Below, one piece after another: positions 35,780 through 50,300 of a stretch of DNA of 64,000 nt; the stretch's first letter is position 1, and every line of letters begins with the position of its first letter. The stretch is from NCBI GenBank assembly GCA_965153455.1, contig OZ234493.1, positions 1,798,001 to 1,862,000 on the forward strand, given 5' to 3'. Under the pieces are notes generated by a model. The model did not search any database and had not been told where the DNA came from. It was given only the letters and a program-made list of their open reading frames with translations. The position numbers and the translations under genes are program-made. The stretch is from Sphagnum compactum (Eukaryota).

Positions 35780-38700
35780 TCTTGATGTGGAGGCATGAAA
35801 AATAATAACATTTTCTAAATTTTTAACACTGGTTTTAAGTGTGTAGCCATGATTATAAAAGGTGAATTAAATTTTTTTTTACTCCATATTTAGTTTATAA
35901 CCATATTTAGCTAAATCTACTTAGGGGTGATTTTCATTTTTCAGCTACATAAATAAATCTTACAAAACACATTGTTGCCAATGTTAAATATCATGAGATC
36001 CTTGAGTTCTCTAAAAAAATCCATAAAATTATTAATTATGTAACATTACTTAATATGTTATAAATTTAAAATTTATATTTAGACTAATATTGTACATCAT
36101 AAATAATATTTTTGATATAAAAAGTATATTTTATTTTATTAAATATACAATATTTATGATTTATTATATATCAAAATTTTATAATATTATTTTAAAATCA
36201 AATACAAGTTTTAAGATGTGGGAGATATATCATTTATTTATTATTATATTAGCCATAAAATATTTTCCATTTATAAATCATGTGCTTGAGTTGTTTGTTT
36301 TAATTGTCATTGAAATCTTATTAAATGACAAAATTTAAGTTTTTTTTTTCAAATAAATTTCCATTTTGAAAAGGGAATAAATATAAATGTGTGCATCATT
36401 GAAAAAAATGAAGAATGAGCTATTTATTTTTTGATTTGAATTTTGAACAAAATATCAATAAGAAATTAAATATTAAAATTGGCACTTTTCCAGCATTTTG
36501 AATGAAAAATGGGTTAAATAAAATGCACCTCATTATATTTTCATAACAAAATGATGTGCTTTGTTGATAAAATAATTAATTTCCATCCTTGTGGTCCAAT
36601 GTTCAAACTTCATAGATTGACAAAGTGGTGGTCAACAATGGAATGTTGACTAATATCTTCCATCACAATTTAATAATGGTTTACATCAAAATTAAGAATA
36701 ATATAATAAGTATATATTAAGAATATTGGATCAATTAATCAAATTAAAAACGTAAAAAGATAAAATTTCAATTCAATTTTTTTTGTAATATTTAAGTGGA
36801 CGCCTTTTAATCAAGATTTAAACCAAGGACAATGAAAAATGGGAAATAACAAAAAATAAATATTGCAATGCCAACAAGGAATAACAAAATGGCAATAAAC
36901 AATAGCAGGGGTGTCAAAAATGCATGTTGGAAACATTAAGGGTGTTAGATTATACATGGAAATTTTCTTTTTAAACAATAGGGGACACTCTAAGATGTTG
37001 AGGGTTGAATGCATTAGAGACATAGGCACGAAGAAATACTTAAAGGACATTGTAAGCTCTAAATTTGAACATATTCTATATTTTATATTTTTTTGAACTA
37101 GGGATTGTTGGGAAATAAAGTAGGAAGGATGTTAAAAAGACTCCAAAAACTTGTTTTTAAGGCAATGGATGGCCCCAAAAAAGATTTCATGGGTTTTAAA
37201 ATTGTTAATGTTTTAATATGTGAAAATCAAATTACACATGCTAAAATTAATGGATGTGGATATGATTCATGGAAAATATGTGTGATCATGGATTACCATT
37301 GTTTAGTAATTAATTATTTTTCAAATAATTTATTTAGGTAAAATTTAAATGTATTAATATTTTGATGTTATTTCAATCGATTGTCATTGGTAGTGTGAAA
37401 ACCAAGTTTACTTTAAAATTTAATTTTAATGATGAGTAATTGGAACTAGCATATGGGGGATTTTTTAGAATCCTTCATATGGTTGTCCATGGATCATTCC
37501 AAAAATAATTTAAAAAGTAACTATTTCATTTTCAAGCCTAACTACTTCATTTTTTTCTTAATAACTATTTCATTTTTCTATTAACTTTTCTAATAACTAT
37601 TTCCCACCTTTCTCAATAACTACCTCCATTTTATAACTACCTCGCTCCTTTTCCTTATCCACCAACATGGATATGAAAAAAAATTTTAACATGTGTCTTT
37701 TCATGTTCATGAAATGCATATTAATTTAAATTAAATATGTCATTGACATAAATAATGATGAATTATTGAAAACCATATGAAAATGTAAAGGCTGACTTGT
37801 AAGTGGCATTGTTTTCCAAGTTTTGTATACTTGGAATTTGAGTTGGGATCTTGATATGTTGTAATTTTGGGGAAGGTGAGTGGTTAGCATGTAGCGGGTG
37901 ATCTGAATTTTGGTTCATTTTCGAGGTTTTATGTGATGGGATGTAGTAGGTTTGTTCATGGAATAATGTTGGGTATTGAGTCATCACTTGTCAAGGCCTT
38001 CCAATATCTAAAGATTTGAGAACTGTTTCTGAAGGAGTATTGGACAAACTGCTGGGAATTTCGAGTTTGGCTCTATGTTTGTTGTTTGGAATTTGGGTGT
38101 TTACATATTTGTATTGGGAGTTGGATCCTACCATATGTCAACAACAATGCCACAAAGGAAGGTCATGGTGGCCATGAGACGGGATTCGTACAAATTTGAT
38201 ATCCTTCTTATCTTATCTTTAGGTCAAGAGTCTTGAGAATGTGGATTTGGTGATGTTGTTTCAAGTTAGTAGAGCTTGATTTTAGGTTGCTGATATAAGT
38301 TGGTTCGCGCATTTTTGTTGGAAGTAGAGGAACATATATTAAAGGCAGTTCCGATGCATTTTGTACTGGCCTCCTTTTTGGTGACAATACCTTCCAAAAC
38401 ATAAGTTACCTCCTAGCTTACAAGGCACCGTGGAAATCTACATGATACTTATTACGGCCTTCCAATTCACAGATACAAACTATGTTAATTTATTCATGTT
38501 ATTCAAGTAAACCAAAAGGAATTTCAATGACGAAGATTCATTACACCAAGTTTGGTTAGGACAACTTTGAGTTCCATAAGTTGTTGTGGTGGTCATTTGG
38601 ATAGTTCCAAATTGGAATACGTTTAGCTGATTCTTAAGTCAAGAGGCATGAAATGGTTCTCAACAAACAATATACATGATCAAGTTTTCAATTCCTTTTT

Positions 38701-38799
38701 CATCAAAGTTGCATGCAATGTTATTATTCAACATCCAGTTCAAGTTGCGATCGCGAAGGAGTGATAGGAAGGGTCCTTGTGCTGCGGGTTGAGAGTGGA

Positions 38800-38828
38800 A
38801 TGCAAGCAGAAGCAGAAGAAAGGTTAGA

Positions 38829-38863
<35 letters not shown>

Positions 38864-41800
38864 GAGGTAGTGTAAATAGCAAAAAGGCGAAGGGAGGAAG
38901 CTTTGATCTGGCTGTTGCTTCTTCTTCTTCTCTTCTTCTGGCTCTACCAACATGCCCTCCACCAATAGTCAGGCCCATGGAGATGAATTCGCTACAGATT
39001 TCGCAGTTGAAGATATAGTGCAGTACCCTCTACCAGGCTATGTTGCTCCTGCATCAGTTGCCTTTAGTCCGGACCACAAACTTGTCTCCTACTTGTACAG
39101 TCCTGACAACACGCTAAACAGGAAGGTTTTGCGTTTGACCCTGTCACTTGTCAACGCCACTTGCTCGTCAATCCCCCTGGCGGTGGTGGTGTCGATGAGG
39201 GGAACCTTTCCACTGCTGAGAAACTGCGGGGAGAGAGAGATTGCGGGAGAGGGGTTTTGGTGTGACAAACTACGAGTGGGTCAAGGGAGCTCTTGGTACC
39301 CGTTTGATGGTTCCTCTCACCCGGCGGGGTAATTTCGCTCTTCCGCCTATTTTGAAAACCTTTATGTCTCTTGCCTGAGTCTGGCAAAGTCTTTTGCGAT
39401 CTTTTTGCGAAATGGCTGCAAAACTCTCAAATGACAAAGTCCTTTGTTTCAGATCTGCATCTGCATCAATCCTCTGTGATATTTATGGTAGACTAATCTG
39501 AAGAGTATGAACCAAACTTGGAGCTGACAATAGAAGGTGATGTTGGAAACATATATATGTTCAAGATGGGTCAGAGCTGCGGCTCAGAGTAGCAAGCTCA
39601 TCAACCTTTCTCGATCCACAACTGTCAGCGGATGGATACTCCATTGCCTATGTGTGCGATGAGGAACGTTTTGTTCTCCCTATCAGTGTTGGTGAGCCGA
39701 AGCAAATCACCTTTGCTACACAAGAAACTGGCAAGGTCAGGTGCTGCTTTCCACCAGCCCATTTCTAAGGCATTAACTGAGTTAGGGTTGTGGCCTGTCT
39801 CTGCAAGTTTTTGTTTGTTGAATCCCCTGGTAGATAGGTGCTTGCACATTACAATTGGACTAGTCAGTTCATGGAGCATGGGGATCTGTGTCATTGACCT
39901 ATCATCAACACCACCCCTGGGCAATCTAGTGGAACATAAATTTGTGGAAGAAGAAAGAAAACCGCGTGAAGTCATCACTTCTGGAAATATGGCAGTAGCT
40001 CACAGGGTGAAGATATAATGCAGTCATGTGGTGAGCAAGAGATCTTTCTTTTGGTCTCCTTCTGCAGGTTGTGTTGGAGGTTGACAGTTCTTTGCCTCTC
40101 TTGTTGTCATATGATGGTCTCAGGTATTATCAGTGGCAGTGGGGTGAGTAACTGGCAACCACTGCTCTGTCCTCCAAGTCCTCAAAATCTCATGATGTTC
40201 ACATAAGTTTATCTCTCATTTTTGCTAATGTGTTAGGGTATGATTTCTGTGTGCAGACACATGAACTTGCTGAATACATTGCACAGGTACCTACCAATGC
40301 AATTTCTGAGACCTTTGAAGTGTATGTCAACATTCTTTCAGCTTAGTAACAGTTGCTAAAACACAATTCAGAATCTGTCATCATAGCTGCAGCACATTCT
40401 GAATCTCAAATTAAGAACAAAGCCCATAGTTTGAACTGGCAAAGAACTGGTTGAACTCATTAACAGATTGTAGGTGGCCCGGTGGCAAATTCTTGAAGAA
40501 GAAAATTAGAGTTCAGCATTCACTTGGTCTCAAATTTCCACATTTGAGTGTTTGAGATCCATCTTTGAGCAATTTAGATTCAAGGCAGCTTGCTCCTCTT
40601 CCATTGTGTTGTTGTCATCCCCTCCCAACTCTCCTCTTCATGGGGTCTACGGTGTCCTAGTTTTCTCCCACTCAAGGAGTGTGCTTTGACATTTTGACAT
40701 CTTACAACATTGCCAGCCTCCTGTAAAATAACCCTCTAACCAGCTTGTGTTTGTTTATTCTGAGTCTTCTTGGTATTATTGTTGGTGTGGTGAACTAGGA
40801 AGAGATGGAGAGAAGAACTGGATTTTGGTGTCACCTGATAGTCAGAATTTGCTGTAGTAGATGCTACAGGAATCCCACCATTCCTGATCATGTACCAGGG
40901 GAAATCAAAATTGGGAGGTGAGGCAGAGGAGGATCATGTGTACCCATTTGCAGGTCACCCAGATGTCAAGGTGTGCCTAGCTGTAGTGCCAGCCAGTGGT
41001 GGCAATACCACCTGGATGGATCTTCATGTAGGAAAAGGAGGGAAGGAGGATGAAGAAGAAGCTTAGCATGAGTCACATGGCTGTCTGAAAACTTCCTGAC
41101 TACCCAAATCCAAAAATGGGCTTAGATAAAACTCAAGGTTTTTGAAGTTTGATATACAGACAGGAAAGAGGGAGCTGGTGGTGGTTGAGGAGAGCAATGT
41201 TTGCATGACTGTTTCACCCCACTCTGCAAGGGGCAGGGTCAACTTCAGGGTGGGTTCATTTGGGCAAGTGAACAAACTGGGTACCACCATCTCGAGGGGG
41301 ATAGTCGAGGGGCTCAACTTGGGGCTATCACTCAATGTAGCTGGATTGTGGAGCAAGTAGCTGGGTCAAATGAAACTGCAGGTATCCTCTATTTCACAGC
41401 AACATATGACAGTCCTCTTGAGACACATCTCTATAGTACCAACCTGTTTGTGGAATTTGATTGGTCACCACTGAAGCTGAAGCGTCTAACAGAAGGGTGC
41501 CACAATGTAGTTCTAGACCATAATATACACAGATTTGTTGACATTCATGACTCATTAATCTCTCCACCAAGAGTACTCCTATGCACTAGAAGATGGGAGC
41601 ATTCTGGTCTCAATATATGAACAACCAGGCACCACTCCCTGCACAGGGAGGTTCCAACTAGTGAGGTTGTGAAAATCACTGCAAGTGATGGTACCGAACT
41701 TCATGGAGCTGTATATAAGCCTGATGCAGGCCAGTTTGGGCAGCCCCCTTCCTAGGCTGTAGTGAGTGTGTATGAGGGGCCTAATGTACAGACCGTATGC

Positions 41801-42820
41801 AACTCATGGATGAATACTGTTGACATGCGTGCTCAATATCTTTGGAGCTGAGGCATCCTTGTGTGGAAGGTCAGTCTTCTTTCATTCCTCATAGTGAAGC
41901 TCTGGGCAGACCGGTAAACTAATTTAATCCTACCTGCACAATTTAGCCAGAAAAAGTTAGTAAGTGGCTTTCAGGCTTCATAGTTCATCCCTGTTATGCA
42001 CTCAGGATCAAATATAGTTCAATTCTGTACAATGCCATTCTTGTTTGGAGAAATGGAAAGCTCTGCACATATTTGCTAAGAGGAAGACAGTAGCTGGCAC
42101 TGAGTCTGGCATTATGTCTGGAAAGTTTGTTATATAGACTATAGTAGTACTCCTCTAGGAGGATTCAAGCTTACTAGACATCATGTTTGATATGGAAGCA
42201 GGGAAAAGGCAGGAATATGGAAACCGAAAAAAAGGCCTGCCAAGGGTATTGATGTGTGAACTAATGTCTTCCTGTTTGTGTGATGAATGAGCGTAGCTGG
42301 ACAACAGAGGGAGCACTCATCGTGGTCTTATGTTTTATAGAGCTGTGAAGCATAAATTGGGCAAAGTGGATGTTGAGGACCAAGCGGCAGGTGTTCAGTG
42401 GCTAAATAGTCAGGGTTTAAACAATGTAGGCATTTATGGGTGGAGCTATGGTGGCTACGTGGCAGTCATGGCACTAGCCCACTGCCCTGAAATGTTTCAA
42501 TGTGCAGTTGCTAGTGCTCCTGTCACAGCCTGGGATGGTTACGATACCCACTACACTGAAAAGTACATGGGATCTCCAGCAAGTAATCCAGTGAGATTTG
42601 AGCAGAGCTCTGTAATGTATCATGTGCACCAGATTACAGGCAAACTCTTATTGGTTCATGGCATGATTGATGAGAATGTCCATTTTCATCATACAGCTTG
42701 ACTTATGCTCTCACAGCAGCAGGGAAAGAGTACAAGCTCCCAAATGAATGGCACATGTCACGGGGAGACCGAATTTACATGGAGGAGCAAATCTGCAATT
42801 TTCTGGAAAGGTATCTATGA
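38800..42820 (+). pseudogene. Unprocessed pseudogene of a dipeptidyl-peptidase IV-like (prolyl oligopeptidase S9B) gene
   Basis: [73 protein letters not shown] and [10 protein letters not shown]. Frameshifts near 38950, 39130, 39235 and 41200-41330; in-frame stops at 41753, 41849 and 42699. GT-AG introns are retained. Confidence 0.92.
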
Positions 42821-45800
42821 GTGAAACCCAGAGGTCTTTTCCTCCACCTCATTCTTTGATGTACAACAATAATAATCAGGTATCACGTGACAACTTCCCC
42901 TAGATATTTTGTGGAAAGACCCGCAAATGTTTTAGATTCCCCCCTTGGTGTATATGGTGATAAGATATACTTATGCTTTTGTACATTGATGCCTTCAGGT
43001 TTCAATGAGATGTGATTGCAAGTGCCAAAAATAGTCAACATCTGTATGACCCAGTTTTTTCTTCATGTAAGTTGACTTACCGATAACCCATGAAATGCAA
43101 AATGCATTGCCAGTACAGTTAAATACTGTTTCTCCAAACTGTGTTATCCTTGAGATTGTGTGCATATTTCTTTTTGGATTAGTGGGGACTTTGGAGGTTT
43201 GGTTCTCAACCAACATCAACCATCTCAAGTCACATATAAATCTCTCCTCATACATTTAATAATTATTTGAATCTGCCTGTATTTGAGTAGAATGGAATAA
43301 TGTTCTCCTTAGTGTCCCAAGCATTTCGAGTCATATGGGGCTAAGAGCTTTCTGTCACAAGCTCCTTGAGGCTGTTCTATACGTGTCCAAGGGTGCCAAA
43401 TTAGGAGGTCCATTTTATGTAGCCCCAAGGCTAGGGTATTCCCAAAACAAGGGCCTTGGGATTAGGGGGTAGCCAGTGTCAAGCCCCGCAATTTGGGAAT
43501 GCCCACCACCATGGGGTTTACTCATCACAAAGCAAAGGTGAAGACTGTCATGAACCTCAACATTCATTGATCATGAGTTGGAGGACAGGGAGGGTACTTA
43601 TGCCTACTCCTTTGGAGTGGGAGACATCTTATGAATAAGATCCCTCCTGCTCTAAAGAATAACAATATTGTGGTTATTTCTTCCTTGTTCTAGAAGCAAA
43701 ATTATAGTATATCCATGTTCTTTGTCTGAAGCAATATTTTATTTGAGAATACTGTAGTGATATGGTATACCCTGCACTTTTTGAAAAATGCAATTAATTA
43801 AATTTTCCTGTCTAACTTTCCTGCAGCAGTGGGAGACAATTGTTTTCGGCTCACATACAACCTTTCACTAATTAATTTCTGATCCTGCAGCTTTACTTTT
43901 CTCGCCCAAAAAAAAAGAAAGGATGGAAACTCAGCAATATAATCCATGGGAATTGCTCCACTAGAAACTTTTATCATTTTCCTATGAAAGGTCTTCCTGT
44001 AAATGGTTCAGACGATAATTGTTTTCCCACAGCCCTAAAAATAATTAATATTGTGAAGGTTTTAACATGTCACCACGGTAATTGAGATCATGAATAAAAA
44101 TATAAAATTGCACACAATTCCAATTGTTGTAGCCTAACCTCAAATTTGTCACTTTAGAAACAAATGATTACCTTTTTCATTTTTTTTGTTTGCATAGTGA
44201 AATTATTATATATTTCAAACTTCCAGTTTTTTTCAAAATTTGTGATATAGTGAATGTACATATTGAAAACATTAGATGCATGTATAAAACACAGCTTTGT
44301 GTTCTTCACTTATGATGTATTTCCATTGTGCTTTTATGAACGGAGATTTTCTGATCATAACAACTTTTCATTATTCAAAGGCATTATGTGTCATCATCTA
44401 ATGTCAAATTATCATTCAAAAACATCACAATAAATATCACATATTGTACATTGTAATGGATGAAATCACAAAGTTTACATCACATGTCATGAGTCATAGG
44501 TTTTTGAGTGAGAAAATCATAAAACGCTTGTACTATAGTACACATTTTCAGTATGGTTGCAGCTTTCCAATGGAAAGTGCATCCATGCGACAAGGAACAA
44601 GGCTTTATGTCAATGATGTTCTATTAGGTTGCTATGATCACAATAGCCTAAGAGAAAGAGACCGTTACTTAATAACCCTAAATTATCCTTGACTTAAGGT
44701 AATGATCATAACAACCCCTTCACTTCATTAAACATTATTGCTACCAAATCCAAAATGACATGTGGAGGATTGTGGAATAGATAAAGTACATTTTGAACTT
44801 TAGTCACAAAGCCAAATACATATTGTCATAGTTGCTTCTTTTGCAATGGGCAATATTTGTTTGCTCTTCACAAGGAAAAGAGAAAACCAATGTCATAGGA
44901 AGTTCCTCATGGAGCTACTGCTATTGCAATTTGTCATCTCTTCTCTGGAAAATCATCCATTTTGACACCTTGGGACTCTAAATTTCAATTGTTTTTGGAT
45001 TAAAGGTTCGACGCATTATTCAATGATGAAAATAAGGCTAAATTGTAGCTACTCCACAACATCTCAATTTATTAAAATAAAAAGTCTTATTACTAAATTT
45101 CAGTACCACCCAAAAAAAAACTCCAAAAAGAAAAAGAAGAAAAACTCAAAATACGACCAATAGTTTGTTAAAAAAAAACACAAGAAGTTTGATGAAATCA
45201 TATTTAACTCAAGCAAAACGCAACATTTGAATGAAAATAAAAGTACAAAATCTTTCAAAACTTAAGGATGAATTTTTGAGAACTTAAGGAAGACTTGGCT
45301 ACCAGCTTGTCATAAGCCCCTTATTTGGGAATACCCTTGGACACTGGGATGTTACCCTCCATTTATAACCCAAGCTATAGAGCATGCTACTTATTAGTGG
45401 AATCTTAGAGGAGTCATTATATATAGCCACTGTTAATCAAGCGATAAAGAAGGCTTCCACAGAGAGCTGATCTGAACTTATGTATATATATACAACTCAA
45501 CATCTCCAAGTTGAGGAACTTCCAAAGGAATAACTTTGCAAAGTCCAGAGCAGTTTTATTAAGTTTTTTTTAGCAAAAACGTCGAAATGTGACATGGTTT
45601 TCTGAAAAGGGAATATTTTTTCACTAATTCCTTTTTAAACAGTCACCAAATTGTGATAGAAAACTGTTCTTTCTGGGGAGGGTGTCACTACATTCATGTC
45701 TGCTGGCTACACATTCAAAGTTCTCTGGCAATAAGTCACCAGTTAAGTTGAAATCTATTTAGGGATGCGCGTCACTCTGGATCCATCACAGAATTAAAAC

Positions 45801-46214
45801 AAAAAACAAAACATTGACCCAGAGAATAGTTTGCTTACTATGTGATTTGTAATTTTGTACAATCAATATGAGGATTAGAAGAGAATGGTATTCACGACAT
45901 AGTCAAAAACCCAAAAAGATCAGAACTCAAAACCGGCCAAAAAATATAAGTCAGCTAGTAAGTTGCTGCTGCTTCTCATGATGAATTCCACAAATTAGGT
46001 CAATCCGTACTGCAGCAGCTGCTGCCTTAGTACTGCTGCTGCTGCTGCAGAAGACATTTAAGAGGCCTGCAAGGTGCAAAGCAATGATTGAATTTGCTGC
46101 TAACGACAGCCGAAATCTGCACTGAACTAAGTCTTTAATAATGTCCATACAGTCGCTCTGCTTTCTACAATTTTAAAATATCAAGTACTCACATTTCCAG
46201 CTACATGTCTGGAA

Positions 46215-46580
46215 CAGTGTTGGGCGGGTATAAACTTTTGAACTTACTAGTTGATATCTTTTAAAAAAAGTTCATACAAGCCTGGAACTGGTATTGGATT
46301 AAAAATAAAATAAAATCATACCAGCCTGATACTGGTATTGTATTTTTAAAAAAATTTCACACGAGCCTGGTCTTGTATTGGATCTTTAAAGAAAACTCAT
46401 ATGAGCCTGATTCTGGTTTTGAAATGTTTTTGGTCTTGGTATTGGATATTTAAAAAACAATCAAATGAGCCTGATACTGGTATTGAAATGTTTTTGGTCT
46501 TGGTATTGGATCTTCAAAAACAAAAAATCATATGAGCCTGATTCTGGTATTGAAATGTTTTAGAAGATTCAATATTGGAT
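46215..46580 (+). mobile_element. hAT-type non-autonomous element end with tandem subterminal repeats
   Basis: Starts CAGTGTTGGGC (same as 19510), followed by about 6 copies of 'tca(t/a)a(t/c)gagcctg...tggtattg'. Confidence 0.6.
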
Positions 46581-46729
46581 TATTCCATTATTTCATGACT
46601 ACTGCAATGTCTCAGGTGTCTGGTTAATTGTCAAACTGGGTGTGTAGTATTGCCATCTGCAGGACATAAAAAAACCTAATGAGTTTGAAATTACCAAGAG
46701 ATGATGAGCTAGCTGATCATGATGTTGAT

Positions 46730-46880
46730 CAGGGTTCTGTTTTCTCCCAATTTTGTGAGGTAGCCAATTGGTGATCATCCATAAGAAGATTTAGCCAAAT
46801 TTGACTATAGACCATATACGAAAATAGAAAAATTTAAGAATCCTTTTATGTTTTGGCTACCTGCTGGAACCCTGTTGTAA
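46730..46880 (+). repeat. Copy of a dispersed non-autonomous repeat; other copies at ~58030-58305(-), ~61050-61340(-), ~62883-63030(+) and split by the gypsy insertion (27525-27547 plus 35780-35975)
   Basis: Shared blocks 'aattttgtga(g/t)gtagc', 'gatcatccataaga', 'atttagccaaa' and 'aagtgattttggaggttt'. Confidence 0.7.
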
Positions 46881-47389
46881 GGCTTCAAATCTGGAACATC
46901 TGAAGTCAAAAGCTCCATTAGCATGACCATCCCATGTTGAGGGTGCAGCTAGCTGGGATGCAGATTGCGTCCCTTTCCATTCGCATAAAGTGCCCATGCT
47001 GAAAGTGCGGCTAGAGGTGCAGCTTGCGAGTCTTGCAATGTGGGTTCAGTTAAACTTCCAAAGTTGAAGGTGCAGCTCCCCAATGGAAAGACAGCCATAT
47101 ACAGACTCATCTATCGAAGTCATGAAGAACTGTGTAGGCTGTGGCTGAATATGATCAGCTGGCTGCTGCATCATACTGATCCAGAGAATGTTAAGCTGAT
47201 CTGATCAGTTGTATGTATTCATGTGCACCTCAAGTGGCCAAATCTATTATATCCGGCTTGGTCACTGGATCACACCTACGTATACTGATCATCTGCATTT
47301 ACTGTGGTTCAAAACCAGAAGGTGAATCGTGTTCCAAGCTGTTATACTAAACTCATGTGTGTTACCTAGTTTAAATCTGGTGCTACCCT

Positions 47390-50300
47390 TCATGATCTGG
47401 TGGGATTGAGGCTTGCTTCCAAATTTGGCTTCCATGATGAAGCAAAAATGGCTACCTGGCTCTTCCACGTTAGAAATAGTCCGCTTTCGTTACTTGCTAG
47501 TCCCCACCCCTCCTTGTACCTGCAACAATTCATGCACTGCCCGGATCAGTTTTAAACGGAGAGTAATTCGAATAAACCTAAATTGCCTTGCTTGCTGCTG
47601 CATGTGACACACTGATATAAACTGATCAGATCTAAAATTGATCAAAGTTTCAATCTAGTTTTAAATTTCATTTCAAACTTATATATATAAATATATACAG
47701 GACTCTTGAGACTAGTAGTTGAGTTTGTTCTGATCCGTCAATTGTCCTGATTATGCCTGCGCGGGTGTTGATCAGGAATGATGTACAAATGGCAAACTGC
47801 TGCAAGGTCAAGGTCCTGATGACATCAGGATCACTCCGTGCACGAGCTGGTCAGGATGATCTGGATAATTATTTTCGGATTTTGGCCTGCTTTTGTAAGA
47901 ACTCAACAACATTGAGATTCATCTTGTTAAGTCTTCAGAGACTTCCCCTGAGATTTTGATGTAACGTTCAGACCTCGTTCAGTGCTAGAGTGATGGGGAG
48001 TTCGACGTTTCGTACCTTTTGAGAAGGGCACGGACGTCGTCAACGACGTCGTCACTGAATGGAGATCGCAGTAAGCCCACAGTTTGGAAGCGAGTGGCCC
48101 ACCGTGATCCTGGCTCTTGCCGTTGCTCGTTTTCAGATGGGTCGCAGGCCAGAAGATTGACCATATTCCGCGCGCACGTACGTTCCAGCGTCAGGCGATC
48201 GTTGCTGGCGCGCGGAAAGCTCTCCTCCAGGCTGTCGAAAAGGAGGGAGTAGTAACGGAGCGCCTCGCGGAAGTACGTGAAAAAATCTGGGGACGACACC
48301 AGGTCCACCTCGTCCTCCACTATTGTTATTATCTAGTGAGAGCAACAGGTGCAGATCTTTAAACAGCGCCCTTCAACGTCGAAGATCCACGTACAGAAAA
48401 CAGAAAAAATTGAAAACAAAACGAAACGAAAGTTTTAAACAATTTACAGTACCCACTTATAAGACTCGACCAGCTTCATGCACTTAGTGTGATGTTGGCT
48501 CTCCATGCTAATTCTCAGAAGGGTTGATTTTTCACAAAGTATTTGGAGGTTCCTTTAGACATCGAAGGATATCGATAATGAAACCAGAAGAATAGAATGT
48601 GATTTTCTCACACGAAAAGCCCCTGCTCAGGACACATATGTGCCATTGCCTAGTGAGATCATATTGCCATTTGAATGTAATGTATGCCACAATATATACC
48701 ACATGTTGTATATCACATAGTGCACATTGTAACACGGATAAATCCACAAAGTTTATGTACATGTGTCATGAGCCAGGGCTTTTGTGTGAGAAAAAACTAC
48801 ATTCTCTCATATTGCCAAACTGAAATTCGTTGGTTGTAATGCAATCACTAAGACATTGATGATCAATGGTAGCGGAGTTAATGTTTTGAGCACGAGTGAC
48901 CAGACTGATCATAGTTTATATATATATATATGTATAGGCAGCCGGCGGCTGTATTTTATACCTTGGGGTTGGCGTCTTTGAAGGTGTAAAGAACGATATC
49001 GCGAGGACTGTGATTCTTATCGTCTGGGATGGTTTCCGGAACATGGTGGAGGGTGTGGATGCAATTGATAGCAAGAGCTTCATCTTCCCTCAGCTTCAGT
49101 TCTGCAATCTCCAGCGTCTCCAATTGCGGCTTTTGCATCAAGGTAAACTCGAAGGGCACGCCCATGAGTCGCGCGAATCGCTCCAGTCTCGTCATGATCT
49201 GCCTCATCACCTCCATTGCCGATTCCTGTTTGGAGATCACAATGATCGTCAGCCGCAGGTGTGGAGTTCCCTCAGCCCTAGTCGCAAGCGCTTCGAATAG
49301 CATCGGCCATTGCGTGCAAAAGGTGACGCTTATGTCTACGATGTGTATCTTCATCTCGCCTTCAAAGGCCTCCATCATCGCTCCATTACCTGCGACATGT
49401 CCAAATGTTGTCCATGGACTTGCTTCCTGCACTCCCGCCCGTCCATCGATGATCTGCCTGGTCAGCTAGAGTTCTAGTACGCAGAACTGACAATATTCGA
49501 GAAACAAAGTCGACATCCTAGCAAAATGCTGGATTGAGGAAGGAACCTAAAAAATGTTTTAAGAGTTGTGTGATGTAGCGGTCACAGTTTTCAGATCACA
49601 AAAGAATTCAAGACGAGAATCATAGTACTTATAGTCGATCTCCGGATTCCATCTTGATGCATGCAGAAACTTCTTGCTCTTCTGTTGCATGTCACAGCTT
49701 ATGGTGGTGAGGGTGTGAACTCTGTTGGATCTAGTACCTGGTAGGTGAGGATCATTTTACGCACAGATTCGAAAGTATGGTTTTTCTCTGCAGCTGCAGA
49801 GAGAATGCTATGGCAGCGGGCTCCAGTATTCGTGATCCTGCAGAAAAGCGCCTGCAGGAAGTAGGACGCCAGTCTCTGGTCATAGTCTCCATAAGGAGAA
49901 GCCAGCTCGTTCAGAACCCACATAAGGTTTTGAACGCGAGGAGTGTCACTTGTGGCGATGGCCCTTGCGCACTCGAGCAACAGATTTGGCGCCCAATGCT
50001 GATCACCTTCGTCGCCTGAGCTGGTCGATGCAGCTGCAGGCTGCGCCGCGGAGCTACTTGCCTGCTGCTGCGCAGCTGCTATCGGGTTCAGAAATGATGT
50101 GAAACCCGAAAGCGCCATAGTACTGTCGTTGATAATCTCTTGTTTTGTTGCAGCGATTCGTTGTGAACTCAAATCCTGCTCCCATTGCTGCTGTCTCTCA
50201 TGATGACTTTGATGTTCAGTCCAAGGATCGTGCTGCGGAGGCCTTGCTGCAGACCGAAGTTCGAACGATTCTTCGAGCTTGAACAGCGGAATATTCATCT

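Noticed and set aside
43350-43640. Possible LTR fragment (starts TGTCAC, contains cccaaggctagggt like the solo LTR)
   Set aside because: No matching CA end or TSD found; the similarity is too short to call.
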